Positions 61,190-64,000 of a stretch of 64,000 nt of DNA are shown here, one piece after another. This DNA is from Octopus sinensis. Its lineage: Eukaryota. The translations under genes and the position numbers were made by a program. The notes under the pieces are model-generated. The model ran no database searches. It was not told the origin of the DNA and saw only the letters and a list, made by a program, of their open reading frames with translations. Each line of letters begins with the position of its first letter. Positions within the stretch are counted from its first letter, which is position 1. Where the stretch lies: assembly GCF_006345805.1 (NCBI RefSeq), contig NW_021832855.1, positions 1 through 64,000 on the forward strand, read 5' to 3'.

Positions 61190-61590
61190 TCTTTTACTTG
61201 TTTCAGTCATTTGACTGCGGCCATGCTGGAGCACTGCCTTTAGTCGAGCAAATCGACCCCGGGACTTATTCTTTGTAAGCCCAGTACTTATTCTATCGGT
61301 CTCTTTTTGCAAAACCGCTAAGTGACGGGGACGTAAACACACCAGCATCGGTTGTCAAGCAATGCTAGGGGGGCAAACACAGACACACAAACACACACAC
61401 ACATACATATATATATACATATATACGACAGGCTTCTTTCAGTTTCCGTCTACCAAATCCACTCACAAGGCATTGGTCGGCCCGGGGCTATAGCAGAAGA
61501 CACTTGCCCAAGATGCCACGCAGTGGGACTGAACCCAGAACCATGTGGTTGGTTAGCAAGCTACTTACCACACAGCCACTCCTGCGCCTA
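61190..61590 (-). mobile_element. SINE A, full length
   Basis: Family A sequence. Confidence 0.9.
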
Positions 61591-61962
61591 TGTATATATG
61601 TTTATATGTATATAAACATAAATATATATTGCCTTCATCATACATGCAGTAATCATATTCGGTTAAAATGTCTTATTGATGCGTTTTGCTTCTCTTTTTT
61701 TTCCTAGGTGAGAAGATTGCCATTTTACATCATTTTATTCCTTCTGGAATAATACAAATGTTTTCTTTGAAACATGTGTCGGAAGTATAAAGATTTGAAT
61801 AACACCTGCGTTTAACTCCATGTATATATATATATATAAATTAAATTAGAGATAAAACCACTATTAGGTAACTCAAACAGTGATAGACATAAAAACCAAA
61901 ACATAAAAAACAAAAATAAATATAATTAATTTTTCCCTGTAAGTTTGGATATACTCTCTAAT

Positions 61963-61994
<32 letters not shown>

Positions 61995-62258
61995 TATGAA
62001 GATAAATTAAATATAGAGAAATTCTATTGACAATCAAATAATTAATTATATTACAATATTACATCAAATACTATGAATATAATATATAACATAACATAAT
62101 ATTATATAAATAACTATAAAAACCATAAAAGGCCAACAAATTGTTTTGACTTATATATATTTTTTCTGATATACATAATCACAGTTCCATTATATAAAAA
62201 GTCACTTCATGGTATTTGATTCACACCCCTTTGAAGGATTTCTTTTCCTCAGTTTGTT

Positions 62259-62304
<46 letters not shown>

Positions 62305-62448
62305 CCGAAATTGCAAGGATGATCCGGTTCTTTAATGAAGATAAAAAACTTCAAATGGCCCGTCCTTGTTTCTTTGTATCGTCTATCTGGATGTTTTGTT
62401 GTCCCTTTTTGTATCACCTTGTTGTCTGGATGTCTTGTGTCCATTTTG

Positions 62449-62484
<36 letters not shown>

Positions 62485-62803
62485 AGGGTTATTAGTGAGA
62501 GATTATCAATCAGGGCAAAATATTTTATAAGCCCTTTGTTACTACACCAGGTTAACAATATTGCTTGGATTAGTAAAGAACTCCACACATTTTCCTCATC
62601 TGATTCAATTCGCCAGTTGAGTAAACCTATCAATAATGATCCTCTAATGACAACTGGAAACAGCTTTAAGTCAAAGTCACTCCAATAAAGGTAAAATATG
62701 TGATGACCATTAGTTCTACCTTGTCATATTTATATATACATACATGCAGAAGAAAGCACCTAAGGGCAAAGCAAGGTGTTAAAACTCGTACTCAAATCCC
62801 AAA

Positions 62804-63266
62804 TCTCTCTCTATATAAATGGCAGTTTGTCTGTCTGTGTGTCTGTGTGTGTGTCAGGTTGTACCCTCACCCTGACCACGGCTTTCAACCGATTCTGATG
62901 AAACTTGACACACACATAGCCCAATGTCATAATTCAAAACTAATGCAGCGAAAATTTTGAAAAGTTCCCCCAGTTCTGAAATAATCGATAAATTCGACAT
63001 GGGGTCGAGAATCTAAGCTTTTTATATGCAACACATTTTCTGGGCTGTACGTGGGCTGTTCACGCGTTGGGAGGCGCAATGATGTTTTCATGTTTTCACC
63101 CAAAGGGACAGCTAGGAACATCGTATACATAGAAGTATTCGAGTGAAGAGAAGACATTGCAACCTACACATGCGCCTTCGTCCCTGGAGGGAAGGACTAG
63201 ATTGGGATTAGTCGTTGCCTACTAGGGGCTCTTGCATACCCGGGCAACGCCGGGCTATGCTGCTAG
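62804..63266 (+). mobile_element. Non-autonomous Helitron
   Basis: A|TC start at 62804; hairpin CCCGGGCAACGCCGGG (63239-63254); CTAG|T at 63263-63267. Confidence 0.88.
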
Positions 63267-63308
63267 TTTAGACTAAAATGCTGTTTTATTACACACCAAG
63301 TAAAACAA

Positions 63309-63408
63309 AAACTTCACAACCTGTTACTCAGAGTTTCACGTAACCATTCATGAGACAGTTGTGATGAAGAGTTACAGGAAAACCTGAGTAACAGCTTGTG
63401 GAAGTTTT
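63309..63408. mobile_element. Decayed relative of the 54942 fold-back/hammerhead element
   Basis: CCTGTTACTCAGAGTTTCACG...CTGAGTAACAG arms; the minus strand reads CTGT-CTCATGA-ATGGTTACGT-GAAA-CTCTGAG-TA-ACAG. Confidence 0.65.
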
Positions 63409-63474
63409 CTTTCAGCCTCAATAAAAAAACAGTGTGTGTGTGTGAGTGTGTGGGGGGGGTGTATATGTTTAAGA

Positions 63475-63578
63475 TGATGAGGTTATGATGATGATGATAA
63501 GCACAGTGATGATGATGATGATGATGATGGTGATGGTGATGATGATGATGATGGTGGTGATGATGATGATGGTGATGG

Positions 63579-63610
<32 letters not shown>

Positions 63611-63740
63611 GTGATGATGGTGATGATGATGATGATGAGGGTGATGATGATGGTGGTGGTGGTGGTGGTGGTGGTGATGATGATGATGATAAAGATAGTG
63701 GTGATTGTGATGATGATGATGATGATGATGATGATGGGGA
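63475..63740. repeat. (GAT)n/(GGT)n microsatellite
   Basis: Seen directly; source of the poly-H and poly-M ORFs. Confidence 0.97.
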
Positions 63741-63840
63741 TGAATAGATATGCTCAATCAGAACTTAATGACAAATCAGGTGACAGAAAAAAAGTTGGCA
63801 TCAAGATGGAGGGGAAAAAAGATAATTCGAAAATACTTAC

Positions 63841-64000
63841 ACCGTGCATACTGTATCTTGTGCAACGCCGTCAACCGATCATTGCTCTGCGCATTAACAT
63901 TTGCACCCTGTCGCAGCAAAATGTCAACAATCACGTAGCTACCGATAGATGCTGCCTGCAGCAATGGTGTTTCATGGTTCGGTGATACCACATGAATATT
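63841..64000 (-). CDS. Ankyrin-repeat/SOCS-box (ASB-like) gene, exon open at the window edge
   Basis: Minus-strand translation NIHVVSPNHETPLLQAASIGSYVIVDILLRQGANVNAQSNDRLTALHKIQYAR fits ankyrin consensus (TPL/TALH, LL..GA.VN). GTAAGT donor at 63840-63835, phase 1. Confidence 0.88.

Noticed and set aside
60930-61730. Plus-strand acceptor-like sites (TTTTTCTTTATAG at ~60953, TTTTTTCCTAG at ~61707)
   Set aside because: The downstream frames are short with no recognisable product; such tracts are common in AT-rich DNA.
62301-62688. Overlapping 110-117-aa ORFs near the ASB exon
   Set aside because: They run through (TA)n and a TA-embedded repeat; no ankyrin pattern or matching splice phase was found.

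Overview
AT-rich, microsatellite-dense animal genomic DNA. The SINE, LINE and MITE repertoire looks like that of octopod cephalopods; this is recognition from memory, not a database result. One protein-coding gene is supported: the 3' part of an ankyrin-repeat/SOCS-box (ASB-like) gene on the minus strand, with three exons at >=64000-63841, 44358-44163 and 38569-38266, all in compatible phase with canonical GT-AG sites. The rest is mostly transposon-derived: RTE-type LINE relics (one ~3 kb, one BovB-like), R4/Dong-like, HERO-like and CR1 3' ends, several tRNA-derived SINE families, a hAT (SPIN/Buster-like) element with 8-bp TSD, mariner/Tc1 relics, TTAA-flanked MITEs, non-autonomous Helitrons and two minisatellite arrays. 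The most unusual signal is a set of fold-back elements in or next to simple-repeat tracts that carry minimal hammerhead-ribozyme motifs. The best example (54942-55487) is a tandem pair of ~285-nt hairpin units with a hammerhead-like motif on both strands. A rearranged hammerhead-like motif also sits in the HERO-like 3' UTR (56822-56869). Most ORFs in the supplied track are microsatellite or SINE artefacts.
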